Below, piece after piece: positions 1-10,168 of a stretch of 56,281 nt of DNA. Each line of letters begins with the position of its first letter. Position 1 is the first letter of the stretch. The notes under the pieces were generated by a model that was not told where the DNA came from, ran no database searches, and was given only the letters and a program-made list of their open reading frames with translations. Origin of the DNA: a virus (taxonomy: Duplodnaviria; Caudoviricetes); IMG/VR virus record IMGVR_UViG_3300042892_000077, positions 1 to 56,281 of that record, one strand, 5' to 3'. A program made the translations under genes and the position numbers.

Positions 1-59
1 AATTGGCATGACACTCACAACAGTAAACCCAGCCCTGCTGGACACCCAAGCCCAGTACA
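1..59. repeat. Terminal direct repeat (copy 1), circular assembly overlap
   Basis: nt 1-59 are identical to 56223-56281. Confidence 0.97.
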
Positions 60-1087
60 CAGGGTTCAAGAACCGCATCATCAACGGCGCAATGGTGATT
101 GACCAGAGGAATGCTGGGGCGACAACCACACCGGCAGACTTCGCGTTTATCACTGACCGCTGGCAAGTTCGTCAAAGCACGGCATCAAAAATGTCGGCGG
201 GTCAAAGCTCGACAGTGCCAAATGGTTTTTCAAAATCTTTGCTTATTACTTCGCTGTCTTCTTATACAGTGAGTTCAAGTGATGTTTATGTTGTGCGGCA
301 GCAGATTGAGGGTTTTAACACTGCTGACCTTGGCTGGGGTACTGCCAACGCACAAGCGGTAACGCTGTCATTTAAGGTGCGGTCTTCTTTAACTGGCACA
401 TTTGGCGGTTCGTTTCTAAATGCAGCAAACAACCGCAGTTATGTTTTCACATACACCATCAACGCAGCAAACACTTTTGAAGACAAAGCTGTAACTATTG
501 CTGGTGACACCACAGGCACATGGGAAACTGGCAACCTGCGCGGCATTCAAATTTCGTTTGGGTTGGGGGTGGGGTCTACCGCCAGTGGTACTGCTGGCTC
601 TTGGGGTACAGCCGCATTAGCTTCAGCCACAGGCGCAGTCTCAGTAGTCGGCACAAGCGGAGCCACCTTCTACATCACAGGCGTACAGCTTGAGAAGGGC
701 AGCACAGCCACCAGCTTTGACTACAGGCCGTATGGCACGGAAATGCCGCTGTGTCAGCGGTATTACGAGAAAATGTTTGAGCCTTTTGGCTTTGGTCGTG
801 CAAACGGCTCACCTGCCCCACGCTTTTTTGCGAGGTTTACTGTGCAAAAAAGAGCAATCCCAACCTGCACTGGCGTCGGTAGTTTTTCGTGTTCTGATAT
901 GTTTACAGTGGACACAGTACAAAGTGCGGCACAAGGCGCAAGCGTAATTTCTGATATCACTACCAATGGCCTTTTGTTTGGATTTCTTAGTAGCACGCTA
1001 ATTAACTCAGCGCCTTTTTCAAACGGTGTTGTTTGCGCCAACCTAACTTCATCTGGCGCTTTTGTAACAGCCTCATCGGAGCTTTAA
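8..1087 (+). CDS. Tail fibre/receptor-binding protein (paralog of 53858..55453)
   Basis: [17 protein letters not shown] ... [17 protein letters not shown] ... CQRYY motifs; Ser/Thr/Gly rich; ends in SSEL. Confidence 0.75.
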   Translation: MTLTTVNPALLDTQAQYTGFKNRIINGAMVIDQRNAGATTTPADFAFITDRWQVRQSTASKMSAGQSSTVPNGFSKSLLITSLSSYTVSSSDVYVVRQQIEGFNTADLGWGTANAQAVTLSFKVRSSLTGTFGGSFLNAANNRSYVFTYTINAANTFEDKAVTIAGDTTGTWETGNLRGIQISFGLGVGSTASGTAGSWGTAALASATGAVSVVGTSGATFYITGVQLEKGSTATSFDYRPYGTEMPLCQRYYEKMFEPFGFGRANGSPAPRFFARFTVQKRAIPTCTGVGSFSCSDMFTVDTVQSAAQGASVISDITTNGLLFGFLSSTLINSAPFSNGVVCANLTSSGAFVTASSEL

Positions 1088-1089
1088 TC

Positions 1090-1233
1090 ATGTACCGACT
1101 TATTAAAGAAGACGCTAATGTCGTGCATCGCCTGTCAGACAACGCCTTCATCCCCTTCGACCCAGCGAACACAGACTACCAAGCCTACCTCGCATGGCTG
1201 GCCGAGGGCAACACGCCAGAGGCCGCAGAATGA
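1090..1233 (+). CDS. Small fibre-associated protein/chaperone (47 aa)
   Basis: [27 protein letters not shown]; ATG just after fibre stop; paralog at 55454. Confidence 0.7.
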   Translation: MYRLIKEDANVVHRLSDNAFIPFDPANTDYQAYLAWLAEGNTPEAAE

Positions 1234-1472
1234 GCGATCACGATGTAACCCACCGAGAAATCTACGATAGGCTGGTGGCTGTTGAGACTAAGGTGGATGC
1301 TCTGACCGAGAACACCAAGGACGTGGTGTCAGCGTTTGCTGCTGCACAGGGTGCGTTCCAAGTGTTGGAGATGCTCGGCAAGTTAGCCAAGCCGTTGCTG
1401 TGGATTAGTCTGTGGGTGGGCGGGGTATCCGCTGCCATCGTCACATTCTGGGAACACTTCAAGGTGCGCTGA
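1230..1472 (+). CDS. Small membrane protein (coiled coil + C-terminal TM), possibly holin/antiholin-like
   Basis: ATGA overlap with upstream stop; hydrophobic C-terminus; start of lysis region. Confidence 0.55.
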   Translation: MSDHDVTHREIYDRLVAVETKVDALTENTKDVVSAFAAAQGAFQVLEMLGKLAKPLLWISLWVGGVSAAIVTFWEHFKVR

Positions 1473-1615
1473 TGGATGCCTTGCCGCCACCTCCTCCTGC
1501 TGCCCAAGCGCCAGCGCCCGTGATGGAGTGTGTGCGGTGGTCATGGTCGTCTGATAGGCTGCTGGTCTGGTGCCTTAAATGGCGTGAGAAAAACAAGCCG
1601 GAGCTCAAGAAATGA
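1472..1615 (+). CDS. Hypothetical Pro-rich 47-aa protein
   Basis: TGATG coupling upstream, ATGA coupling downstream. Confidence 0.5.
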   Translation: MDALPPPPPAAQAPAPVMECVRWSWSSDRLLVWCLKWREKNKPELKK

Positions 1616-2103
1616 TCGACCCACTCACGGCCCTAGCAGGGATACAAGCCGCAGTTGCGCTGATCAAAAAGGTCAGTAAGACTGTTGACGATGTGTCCTC
1701 GCTCGGCCCCGTTCTGGGCAAATACTTTGATGCCAAGTCCACGGCAAGCAAGGCGGTTGTCGCCGCCAAGAAGTCCAAGTCCTCAATGGGCACAGCCATC
1801 CAGATCGAGATGGCCCTCGACCAAGCCAAGCGGTTTGAAGATGAGTTGCAACTGCTGTTTATGCAGTCCGGCAAGATTGACGTGTGGAACAAAATCAAGT
1901 CGCGGGCAGCGGCGATGGATGTTGAGTCCGCCCACGAAGCGCGGCGGGAGCGAGAGGCTGCGGCCAAGCACAAGAAAGAGATGGACGAGATCGTCACCAT
2001 CGTGCTGGCCCTGCTGGTTCTCGGATTGGTGCTTGGCGGTGTTGGCTGGGTTATATACGAAGCCGTGCAGCAGTGCGGCGGCAAGTGTGGTTTTCAACGA
2101 TAA
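1612..2103 (+). CDS. Hypothetical coiled-coil protein with C-terminal TM helix
   Basis: 163-aa ORF; IVTIVLALLVLGLVLGGVGWVIY. Confidence 0.65.
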   Translation: MIDPLTALAGIQAAVALIKKVSKTVDDVSSLGPVLGKYFDAKSTASKAVVAAKKSKSSMGTAIQIEMALDQAKRFEDELQLLFMQSGKIDVWNKIKSRAAAMDVESAHEARREREAAAKHKKEMDEIVTIVLALLVLGLVLGGVGWVIYEAVQQCGGKCGFQR

Positions 2104-2111
2104 GGATAAAC

Positions 2112-2525
2112 ATGTTCCCACTTACAGCACTCCTTGAAGTCGGTGGCAAGCTCATCGACAAACTTATTCCCGACCCGGAAGCCAAGGCCAAGGCGCAGAT
2201 GGAACTGGCAAAGCTGGCCCAAGACGGTGAACTCGCCAAGATGGCGAACGACACCAAACTCTTTGAGGTCGAGCAACAGAACACCACCGACCGCTGGCAG
2301 GCTGACATGGGTTCTGACTCGTGGCTGTCCAAGAACATCCGCCCGATGGCCCTGATAGCTATCTTCATTGCGTTCTTCCTGTTCACCATGATGTCTGCGT
2401 TCGGATACAACGCGCAGGAATCCTATGTCCAGTTGCTGGGGCAGTGGGGGCAGATCATCTTCCTTGCGTACTTTGGTGGCCGCACTGTGGAAAAACTCGC
2501 TGATATGAAGATGAACAAGAAATGA
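2112..2525 (+). CDS. Holin (3-TM, gene-transfer-agent-type family)
   Basis: LIDKLIPDPEAKAKA, DSWLSKNIRP and AYFGGRTVEK motifs; AAGGA RBS; adjacent to endolysin. Confidence 0.75.
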   Translation: MFPLTALLEVGGKLIDKLIPDPEAKAKAQMELAKLAQDGELAKMANDTKLFEVEQQNTTDRWQADMGSDSWLSKNIRPMALIAIFIAFFLFTMMSAFGYNAQESYVQLLGQWGQIIFLAYFGGRTVEKLADMKMNKK

Positions 2526-2986
2526 ATTTATCCCTCAACTTCTCCCTACAAGAACTGACCAAAAGTCAGGAGGCGCTGCGCAAGGGGCTGAACAACGCTC
2601 CGTCGCAGGAAGTCATCAGCAACCTGCAAGAGTTGTCCAACATGGTGCTCCAGCGGGTGCGTGACCACTTCGGCAAGTCCGTCGTTGTGACCAGTGGCTA
2701 CCGCAGTCCGGAAGTCAATGCAGCCGTTGGCGGCAGCAAAACCAGCGATCACTGCAAGGGGCAGGCGGCAGACATCGAAATCCCCGGTGTGCCCAACGCA
2801 GAGTTGGCCGAGTGGATTCGTGATAATCTGGACTTTACTCAGGTCATCCTTGAGTTCTATACTCAGGGTATTCCGGACAGCGGCTGGGTGCATGTGTCGT
2901 ACGACCCCGCAAATCTGAAGAAGCAATCGCTGACCGCTGTCAAACAGGATGGCAAGACGGTTTACCTACAAGGACTGGTTGCGTAA
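2522..2986 (+). CDS. Endolysin, peptidase M15A (Zn D-Ala-D-Ala peptidase fold)
   Basis: SGYRSPEVNAAVGGSKTSDHCKGQAADI and WVHVSY motifs. Confidence 0.88.
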   Translation: MNLSLNFSLQELTKSQEALRKGLNNAPSQEVISNLQELSNMVLQRVRDHFGKSVVVTSGYRSPEVNAAVGGSKTSDHCKGQAADIEIPGVPNAELAEWIRDNLDFTQVILEFYTQGIPDSGWVHVSYDPANLKKQSLTAVKQDGKTVYLQGLVA

Positions 2987-5427
2987 TGGCTGGTATCAAG
3001 ATCACCAACTTTCTCGGCACGGCTCCCAAGATAAGCCCGGAGTTGCTGCCGAACACGGCTGCACAGACTGCGAGCAATTGCAAGCTGTACTCGGGTGATC
3101 TGCTGCCTTATCCACAACCTGTTGTCATAGCAAACACGCTGCGCACCGGCACGATCAAGACGCTGTTCGCTCTGCGTGACCCAGACACGGACGCGCTGAA
3201 GTGGCTCTCGTGGGCTACAGACGTGGACATTGCAGTGGCGTCCTCCAACGAGAACGAGGAGCAGCGGTTCTACTACAGCGGCGATGGTGCCCCCAAGGTC
3301 AGCAACTACGAACTGGCGACAACAGGTGCCGCACCGTACCCCACAAACTACTACGATCTAGGGTTACCACTACCCCCGGACGCTACTATCCTGACGACCG
3401 TGGCTTCGACGTTCACGACCAAGACCACTGCCTCGTTCTTCCGGGACGCGGGCAACATCGCCACGATCAACGCGGGTGCTGCTCATGGGTTGCGCACGGG
3501 CAACACCATCACGATCTCCGGCTTTACGTTCATATCCGGGACGTACAACCAAGCGGGAACCTCGACGATCACGGTGACGATCAACGCCCACGGATTGGCA
3601 AACGGAGCCTCCGTCACGCTGGACTTCACGTCTGGCACAGCGGTTGATGGCACGTTTATCATCAGCAACGTCACGACCAACACGTTTGACATCATCGTCA
3701 CGACCGTGGCTACGACCAGCGGCAATGTCAACTTCGACTTGCGCGGGTTCAACGCAACCAACGTGGTGTGTACTGTCACGTCAAGCACAGCGTTCACGTA
3801 CTTCAGCCCCGGCATCCAGATCGGTAGCTCCGGCACGCCCATCGCGTTCACGACTGCCAAGATCGACCTCGGTGGTTTGACACAGACCCGCTCGTATGTC
3901 TTCACTTGGTACACCCCGTGGGATGAGGAATCCATCGCGTCCAAACCGTCGGTCAACCTGTACATCAAGGAAGGCATCACGGTCACGGTCTCGGGTATCC
4001 CTACGGTAAAGCCATCGGGCAACAACTTCATACGTGGTGTGCGGCTGTACCGCACCTTGGCTGCGGCATCTGGCACTGAGTATTTCCTGCTGTCTACGCT
4101 CTGGTTCCCGACTGGGTTGACCAACGTGGCAAGGGCATCGAACGTGTCCACGGTGCAGTTCCTGTACCCGCACAACCTGAGCATCGACGACCGCTTCAAG
4201 ATCAGTGGCTGCACAGACGCGACCTTCAACATCACAGGCGGCATCGTCTTGGACGCGCCGGATGACTACACCATCACGTACGCACAGACTGCGGCCAACG
4301 TGACAAGCACCACTGTTGCTGCCGGTACGATGTACCATGACGTGTCTGAGAACCAGCCGACGACGGCTGCGCGGTACTGGGGCGATGGTTCCTACGACTT
4401 CGTGGATGACTTCGACTCGCTCAACCTGACCGACATTCTGGTCTCCGATGAGTACGATGCACCGCCTGACAACCTGCAAGGGCTGACGGTAATCCAGAAC
4501 AACATCCTTGTTGGCTTCGTCGGTAACACCCTGTACTTCTCAGAACCCGGCGTGCTGCACGCTTGGCCCACGCGGTATGCCTTGCCCTTGGCGTACGACA
4601 TCGTTGGTCTGGCGGCGCTCAGTGGCTCCATGCTGGTTACAACTAAGGGTTATCCCTACCTTATCAGCGGTTCCGACCCTGCTTCCGGCATGGCCTCGGC
4701 CCGGATTGACGCACTGTACCCCTGCCTGAACAGCCGCAGCATGGTGACGATGGGCTATGGTATCGTGTACTCCACGCACGATGGACTGGCCGTCTACTCC
4801 CCCAACAGCGGCCCGACGATCATCACCAAGCTGCTGTACAACAACGACACTTGGGGTGAGGCGCTTGTCCCTTCTACCGTGATCGCTGAATACTACGGGG
4901 AGAATTACTTCGCGTCCCATTCAGGTGGCGCGTTTGTCTTCGAGCAAGACCAGAAGACTGGCGGCTCGTTCGTTGACGTGGACTACTCGTTTACTGCCTC
5001 GTGGTACGACACCGTGTCAGGACATCTGTACTACGTCAATGGAACCAACGGGGACATCTACCAGTGGGATGATCTGGCGCAACCGTCAGTGACGCAGGAG
5101 TGGAAGTCCAAGGTCATCGTCACCAAGGACATGATTAACCTCGGCGCAGCCCGAGTGGTGGCTGACTACTCCAGCGTGACTGTTGACTGGGACGCAGGAA
5201 CCACGCAGTGGCAGGCGTATACCAATACATGGAACAGTGCCGACGAAATTACATTCCGTATGTGGGTGGACAAGTCGCTTATCCTTGAGACGCAGGTCGG
5301 CACTTCAAACGCATTCAGGCTTCCGTCGGGGTATCGCACTGATACGTTCGAGGTGGGTGTTGAAGGCAACATCCGTGTGCGGGCCATCCATCTGGCCGAA
5401 ACTCCACTGGGCTTGAAAGAGACGTAA
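2986..5427 (+). CDS. Tail tubular/nozzle-like structural protein with inserted beta domains
   Basis: 813 aa; beta-propeller-like LYFSEP...AWP, WKSK motifs; HGLxxG repeats; precedes ejection genes. Confidence 0.6.
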   Translation: MAGIKITNFLGTAPKISPELLPNTAAQTASNCKLYSGDLLPYPQPVVIANTLRTGTIKTLFALRDPDTDALKWLSWATDVDIAVASSNENEEQRFYYSGDGAPKVSNYELATTGAAPYPTNYYDLGLPLPPDATILTTVASTFTTKTTASFFRDAGNIATINAGAAHGLRTGNTITISGFTFISGTYNQAGTSTITVTINAHGLANGASVTLDFTSGTAVDGTFIISNVTTNTFDIIVTTVATTSGNVNFDLRGFNATNVVCTVTSSTAFTYFSPGIQIGSSGTPIAFTTAKIDLGGLTQTRSYVFTWYTPWDEESIASKPSVNLYIKEGITVTVSGIPTVKPSGNNFIRGVRLYRTLAAASGTEYFLLSTLWFPTGLTNVARASNVSTVQFLYPHNLSIDDRFKISGCTDATFNITGGIVLDAPDDYTITYAQTAANVTSTTVAAGTMYHDVSENQPTTAARYWGDGSYDFVDDFDSLNLTDILVSDEYDAPPDNLQGLTVIQNNILVGFVGNTLYFSEPGVLHAWPTRYALPLAYDIVGLAALSGSMLVTTKGYPYLISGSDPASGMASARIDALYPCLNSRSMVTMGYGIVYSTHDGLAVYSPNSGPTIITKLLYNNDTWGEALVPSTVIAEYYGENYFASHSGGAFVFEQDQKTGGSFVDVDYSFTASWYDTVSGHLYYVNGTNGDIYQWDDLAQPSVTQEWKSKVIVTKDMINLGAARVVADYSSVTVDWDAGTTQWQAYTNTWNSADEITFRMWVDKSLILETQVGTSNAFRLPSGYRTDTFEVGVEGNIRVRAIHLAETPLGLKET

Positions 5428-5786
5428 TGGCTATCCGTCCTCCACGCTTCGTCGCTATCCCCAACATCCCGCAGAGCGGGTTGACTGACTGGCAGTTCAA
5501 CACACTGAACGCCATGAAGGAAAACGTCGAACTCCTCACGGGCGCTCGTGGTAGCCAGAACTTGGCAGCAAGCGCAGTTACAAGATCGTCAGTTACTGTT
5601 GCGCCTCCTGCAACACAGACGATGCAGCGCGTGACGGCAGAGGGCACCGGCTTTACAATCAGCAATGTAACGGTTCCAAGCCTTGACGATTACTCTAAAC
5701 TTGTGACCAATGTCCAGCAACTGGCAAATGACGTGGCGAATTTGCGGGCAACAGTGAACGTATTGATTTTACAAATTAAAGGTTGA
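5427..5786 (+). CDS. Hypothetical virion protein
   Basis: TAATG coupling; C-terminal coiled coil. Confidence 0.6.
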   Translation: MAIRPPRFVAIPNIPQSGLTDWQFNTLNAMKENVELLTGARGSQNLAASAVTRSSVTVAPPATQTMQRVTAEGTGFTISNVTVPSLDDYSKLVTNVQQLANDVANLRATVNVLILQIKG

Positions 5787-5788
5787 AC

Positions 5789-6628
5789 ATGAACAATCCC
5801 ACTCTCACCATGCTCAGTGCCCAAGGCGCTCCAGTCCCTGCCCCAACAACCTCGCTTGATCTGCCGCCTGCGCTGGCTAGCATCTTGAGCATGGGGACAC
5901 CGGCTGCTCCCGGCTCGGGCATGGCCCCTACAGGTGGACTGTCAGGCAGTATGACGAACAACACTTCGTTCCTGCCGCAGTATGAGGAAGGTGGCATGAT
6001 TGGTCAAGGCGGTATGCCCATGCCTCCGGCCATGCCGATGGGTGGCGCTGGTGGTACACCGCAGTCCACAAGTGTTGGGGTTAACCCTAACATGCAGCAG
6101 GGTGGGGCAATGAACCCGCAGATGATGGACATGCAGGTCAACCAGTTTGCCTCGCAACATCCTGAGCAAGTGCAGCAGATTCGCGCTGCCATCATGGAAG
6201 TGATGCAGACTGGCGAACTCACCCCCGAGGAACTTAACACCGTCATCCAGTTGGCGACTGTGGCTGCGCAGAACCCTGAGATGTACCCGTACATTCGCAA
6301 GTTCGCTATCCAGCAGGGTATCGCTACCGATCAGGACTTGCCACAGCAGTACGACCAAGGTCTGGTCTTCGTGTTGCTGCTTGCAGCACGGGCCGTTCAG
6401 CAGGCTGCGGGTGGGCAGAACATGATGCAGGGTGGCACGCCAGCAATGGCCGGTAACCCGTCAATCCCCTCGATGGCAGTCGGTGGCCCAGTGCCCAACT
6501 CGAAGAAAGCCAGTGGGGGTGTCATTATCGAGGCACATGAGGGAGAATACGTCATCCCCAAACGTGTGGTCGAGATGAAGGGCCGTGAGTTCTTTGACTC
6601 GCTGGTTGAAAAATACAAGGAATCGTGA
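5789..6628 (+). CDS. Putative internal virion/ejection protein
   Basis: Met/Gln/Gly rich; YEEGG and MAVGG motifs; HEGEYVIP...KG..FFD C-terminal motif. Confidence 0.55.
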   Translation: MNNPTLTMLSAQGAPVPAPTTSLDLPPALASILSMGTPAAPGSGMAPTGGLSGSMTNNTSFLPQYEEGGMIGQGGMPMPPAMPMGGAGGTPQSTSVGVNPNMQQGGAMNPQMMDMQVNQFASQHPEQVQQIRAAIMEVMQTGELTPEELNTVIQLATVAAQNPEMYPYIRKFAIQQGIATDQDLPQQYDQGLVFVLLLAARAVQQAAGGQNMMQGGTPAMAGNPSIPSMAVGGPVPNSKKASGGVIIEAHEGEYVIPKRVVEMKGREFFDSLVEKYKES

Positions 6629-7074
6629 TGCAGGAACTGTCCATCGAACTGCTGTCCAAGGAGCGAGTGGTCGAGCTATGGCCCGCGCTTGAGCCGCTGT
6701 TTGATGCGGCCTGCGACGGTAACGTAATCGCCAAGGGCGAGATGGACGCTGGGCATGTGCTGCTGGCAACTCAGCTTGACAAAGCTGTTGTGTTCGCTGG
6801 CTTCCTCGATGGGAGCATCACCTGTGTTATCGCGCTTCAGTTCTACTACGTCAACGGGCACAAGGGTGCAGACGTGATGGGGCTGGCCGGGCGGGGGCTG
6901 CTTAAATTCAAAGCTGCATTCTGGGAACCCATCTTGGCATGGCTGCGAGCCAACGAGGTCGAGTTCCTTGATGCGTACACTCCCACTGATCGCGCCGAAA
7001 TGTACCTGAAGAAGTTTGGGTTCACCCAGACATGTGCCTACGTCAGAATGAATCTAGGAGAAAACCATGAGTAA
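6628..7074 (+). CDS. Hypothetical protein, possible GNAT-like fold
   Basis: 148 aa; C-terminal 'LKKFGF'; position next to ejection proteins as in podoviruses. Confidence 0.45.
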   Translation: MQELSIELLSKERVVELWPALEPLFDAACDGNVIAKGEMDAGHVLLATQLDKAVVFAGFLDGSITCVIALQFYYVNGHKGADVMGLAGRGLLKFKAAFWEPILAWLRANEVEFLDAYTPTDRAEMYLKKFGFTQTCAYVRMNLGENHE

Positions 7075-8311
7075 GTCAGTCAAGACCATCGTCGCTGTGG
7101 CAGCAGCCATCGCAATCCCATTTGCCGCACCAATGATCGCATCGTCCATCGGGATGTCTGCCGCCATCGGTACAGCTATCGGGTCGGCTACCGCAGGTAG
7201 TGTCATCGGTGGTGCCATCGTTGGCGCTGGCCTTGGTGCTGCCAAAGGCGCGATTCTTGGCGAAGACGTGGGCCGCAGTGCCCTCATGGGTGGCCTTGGT
7301 GGTGGTATCGGTGGTTACACAGCCGGTGCGTCTGCTGTTCCTACGGGTGCTGAAGCGATGGGGCCAGCCACGGCAGCGCAGCCACTTGATGCCAGCTTCA
7401 ACCAATATCTTGCTGCAACTCCGGCCCCTGTGTACGATGCAGGTACAGCATCTGCCACTGGTGCGCTTACTCCTGCACCGGGCTACGCCACCACACCGGC
7501 TACTGGCTTCTCGGGCGTGGACACTTCGGCTGGACTGAACACATCTGCGATGGGGCCAATGCCAACCGCCCAGCCACTGGGTAGCGAGTTCGATGCCTAC
7601 GCCGCCGCTGCTCCTACTGCTGGTCTGGCAACGGGCACTGCTCCTGCCGCTGCTGCGGCTCCTGCCGCTGGTGTTGCCCCTGCTGCTGCTCCTGCTGCCG
7701 CCGCTGCTGCTGCCCCGCCTACATTCATGTCGTCGCTGACCAAGGCGTTCTCCAACCCAGTCAACCAAGCTGACTTCACACTGCGTGCAGCCGGTATGCT
7801 GGCTGGCTCGGCCATTGCCGGTGACGGTCTGTCCAGCGAGGAGAAGGCTCTGCTCAACGCGCAGACCGAGGAGTTGCGCACACTGCAAACCGAGAACCGC
7901 GCCCTGTTTAACCAGAAGCTGGAGCAAGCCCAGAACATGCTCGGCGAAGCCAAGTACTTCGACCCTGAGTATTTCGGTCTGCAACGCGCTCGACGCGAGC
8001 AGGTGGCCGGTGCCCAGCGTAAACGTGCTGGTCTTCGTGGCCTGACTGGTGATCGCCGTGAGTCTGAAGGTCGTCGCTATGACATCGGCACAGGCCGTGG
8101 CACTGCTACTGCATATGACCAAGGCTACGCTGGTGGTGTGACTGGTCGCCAGCAAGCTACGGCTGCTGGTCTGAGCGCAATGCCATCTGCCTTCCCGTCC
8201 AGCGGTACTGAGATGGGTAATCTGCGCAGCGCATACGGTTCAGGCCGTGACGCCCAGCGTCAGGCTCAGTCAGACATCGGCTACTTGTTTGGCTCGTTCA
8301 CTGGCCGTTAA
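7067..8311 (+). CDS. Putative DNA ejection protein
   Basis: Hydrophobic Gly/Ala N-terminus, AP-rich linker, coiled coil; AGGAG RBS. Confidence 0.6.
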   Translation: MSKSVKTIVAVAAAIAIPFAAPMIASSIGMSAAIGTAIGSATAGSVIGGAIVGAGLGAAKGAILGEDVGRSALMGGLGGGIGGYTAGASAVPTGAEAMGPATAAQPLDASFNQYLAATPAPVYDAGTASATGALTPAPGYATTPATGFSGVDTSAGLNTSAMGPMPTAQPLGSEFDAYAAAAPTAGLATGTAPAAAAAPAAGVAPAAAPAAAAAAAPPTFMSSLTKAFSNPVNQADFTLRAAGMLAGSAIAGDGLSSEEKALLNAQTEELRTLQTENRALFNQKLEQAQNMLGEAKYFDPEYFGLQRARREQVAGAQRKRAGLRGLTGDRRESEGRRYDIGTGRGTATAYDQGYAGGVTGRQQATAAGLSAMPSAFPSSGTEMGNLRSAYGSGRDAQRQAQSDIGYLFGSFTGR

Positions 8312-8335
8312 ACCGCGCATCACGAAGGAGCCAAC

Positions 8336-10165
8336 ATGGCATTAGATTTTGGGCAGTTTCTAGGTGGGGCGGGTACAGTCGCTCGGGGTATGCGTGCAGG
8401 TGAAGAAGCCGAACGCCAAGCACAGACCAGCCGACTCCAGCTTGACGAGCGTAAGCGCCTTGACCAGTTACGTCAGGAGATGGCCGCTGCACCTATGCCA
8501 ACAGCACCCGGTGGGCCTCAGATTCCAATCACCAAGTTCGGTGAACTGGGCATTCTGCCCGTGGAATACATCGAGCCCCCTGCTGCACCCGTAGCCGCTG
8601 CGCCTGTTGTGCCCGCTGGCCCTGCCAACCTGCCAGAGATTCAGACCACACGACCACTGCCGTTCGGCCAAGACGTGCCCAACCCAATTGGCAATGAGCG
8701 CTTGGCGAAGAACGCACAGGAGCTTGTCAAGATGCGCGAGATGCGTGTCGCTGATGTTAAGCGTGGCCTCGACCAGATCGCTACCCGCACTGACATACCT
8801 CCTCGCATGGTGGCAAACCAACGGGCTTCACTGGCCCGTGAGCAGCAGCTTCTGGACGACGCCCGTCGCGGGCTGGCATCGGTAGCCCCAACAGTACCCT
8901 TCGGTATTGAGGGTCGAGGCCGTGGTGCTGCGCCTCCCGAGTTTGCCAAGCTGTACGCTGCGGTTGAACTTGTTGAGAGTGGCGGTAAAGAGAATGCTGT
9001 TAGCCCCAAGGGTGCCCTTGGCCCCATGCAGACAATGCCCAAAACGCTTGTCAAGCCGGGCTTCGGCGTAACTCCTGCCAGAGACGACAGTCCAGCAGAA
9101 CGCCGCCGTGTTGGTCAAGACCTGCTTGCTGCTTTCATTCGGAAGTACGAGGGTAACCTCGACCACGCGCTGGCTGCTTACAACTGGGGGCCGGGCAACA
9201 CCGACAAGTGGATTGCCAAGGGTGCCGACATGGCAAAGCTGCCCAAGGAAACCCGCGAGTACATCCCCAAAGTGAAGCTGGCACTGGGCCAGACTGCGGC
9301 TCCTGCCGCTATGGCTGCTGCACCTGCTGCGCCTGCACCTGCCGCTGGTGGACTGAACATTCCCGGTATCTCCTCGGCGCAAGCTGCTGAACCACCGCGC
9401 ACCCCCAAGATCGAAGTCAGCGGCACGTCCAGCTTCTACCTCGCCAACCCGCAATCCATCCCGATGGAAATGCAACGGGCGCAGCAGCAACGCGGCGAGA
9501 TCGAACGACTCGCTGGCATGTACCAACGCTCCGGCATGGGGCCACAGTTCATGGAAGCCCGTGCCAAGATGATGGAGTTGGACAATGGCATGACCTACCT
9601 GCACGGTATGCAGGGTGTGCAGGAGTTCTCTACTGCCAACGACCCTCGCCGTCTGGCCGCAGTCTGGAGCCAGTACGCAGGCGTGCCCATCGGTATTCAA
9701 CCCCGCACTGATGGTAAGTTCAACATCATCGTCAACGGCAAGAAGACCAAGGAAGGTGTGTCGTCCAGCGAGATCGTTGACACCGCCCGCTCTGCGTTCG
9801 ACCAGACTTACCGCCAGCAGAAGTCAACGGCAAGTGCCGAGTACAACAAAGAATCGTTTAAAGCCCAGCTTAAGATGCAGGAAAATCAGGGTAAAGAGGT
9901 TGCCCAGATGATTCGTGAGGTGGCAGTTGAGCGTATCAAAGGCAGCAACGCGCAAGCACTTGAGTACGCCAAGGCCAACTTCGGCTGGGACATCAAGCCC
10001 ACTGGTTCTGGCGACGGCACTGTCATCATCCGTCCACCCGGCGCAGCCCCGTACCTTTTCAATCCGTCAGGCAAGACAATCGAGATCGACGGTGTTAAAG
10101 TGCAGTCCAACGCAGCATATCCTATCGCCGGTCTCCCGACTTACGGCGGTGTACAAATGAGGTAA
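8336..10165 (+). CDS. Virion-associated lytic transglycosylase (SLT domain) ejection protein
   Basis: VESGG, AVSPKGALGPMQTMP and ALAAYNWGPG are SLT motifs I-III; AAGGAG RBS. Confidence 0.88.
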   Translation: MALDFGQFLGGAGTVARGMRAGEEAERQAQTSRLQLDERKRLDQLRQEMAAAPMPTAPGGPQIPITKFGELGILPVEYIEPPAAPVAAAPVVPAGPANLPEIQTTRPLPFGQDVPNPIGNERLAKNAQELVKMREMRVADVKRGLDQIATRTDIPPRMVANQRASLAREQQLLDDARRGLASVAPTVPFGIEGRGRGAAPPEFAKLYAAVELVESGGKENAVSPKGALGPMQTMPKTLVKPGFGVTPARDDSPAERRRVGQDLLAAFIRKYEGNLDHALAAYNWGPGNTDKWIAKGADMAKLPKETREYIPKVKLALGQTAAPAAMAAAPAAPAPAAGGLNIPGISSAQAAEPPRTPKIEVSGTSSFYLANPQSIPMEMQRAQQQRGEIERLAGMYQRSGMGPQFMEARAKMMELDNGMTYLHGMQGVQEFSTANDPRRLAAVWSQYAGVPIGIQPRTDGKFNIIVNGKKTKEGVSSSEIVDTARSAFDQTYRQQKSTASAEYNKESFKAQLKMQENQGKEVAQMIREVAVERIKGSNAQALEYAKANFGWDIKPTGSGDGTVIIRPPGAAPYLFNPSGKTIEIDGVKVQSNAAYPIAGLPTYGGVQMR

Positions 10166-10168
10166 TTC

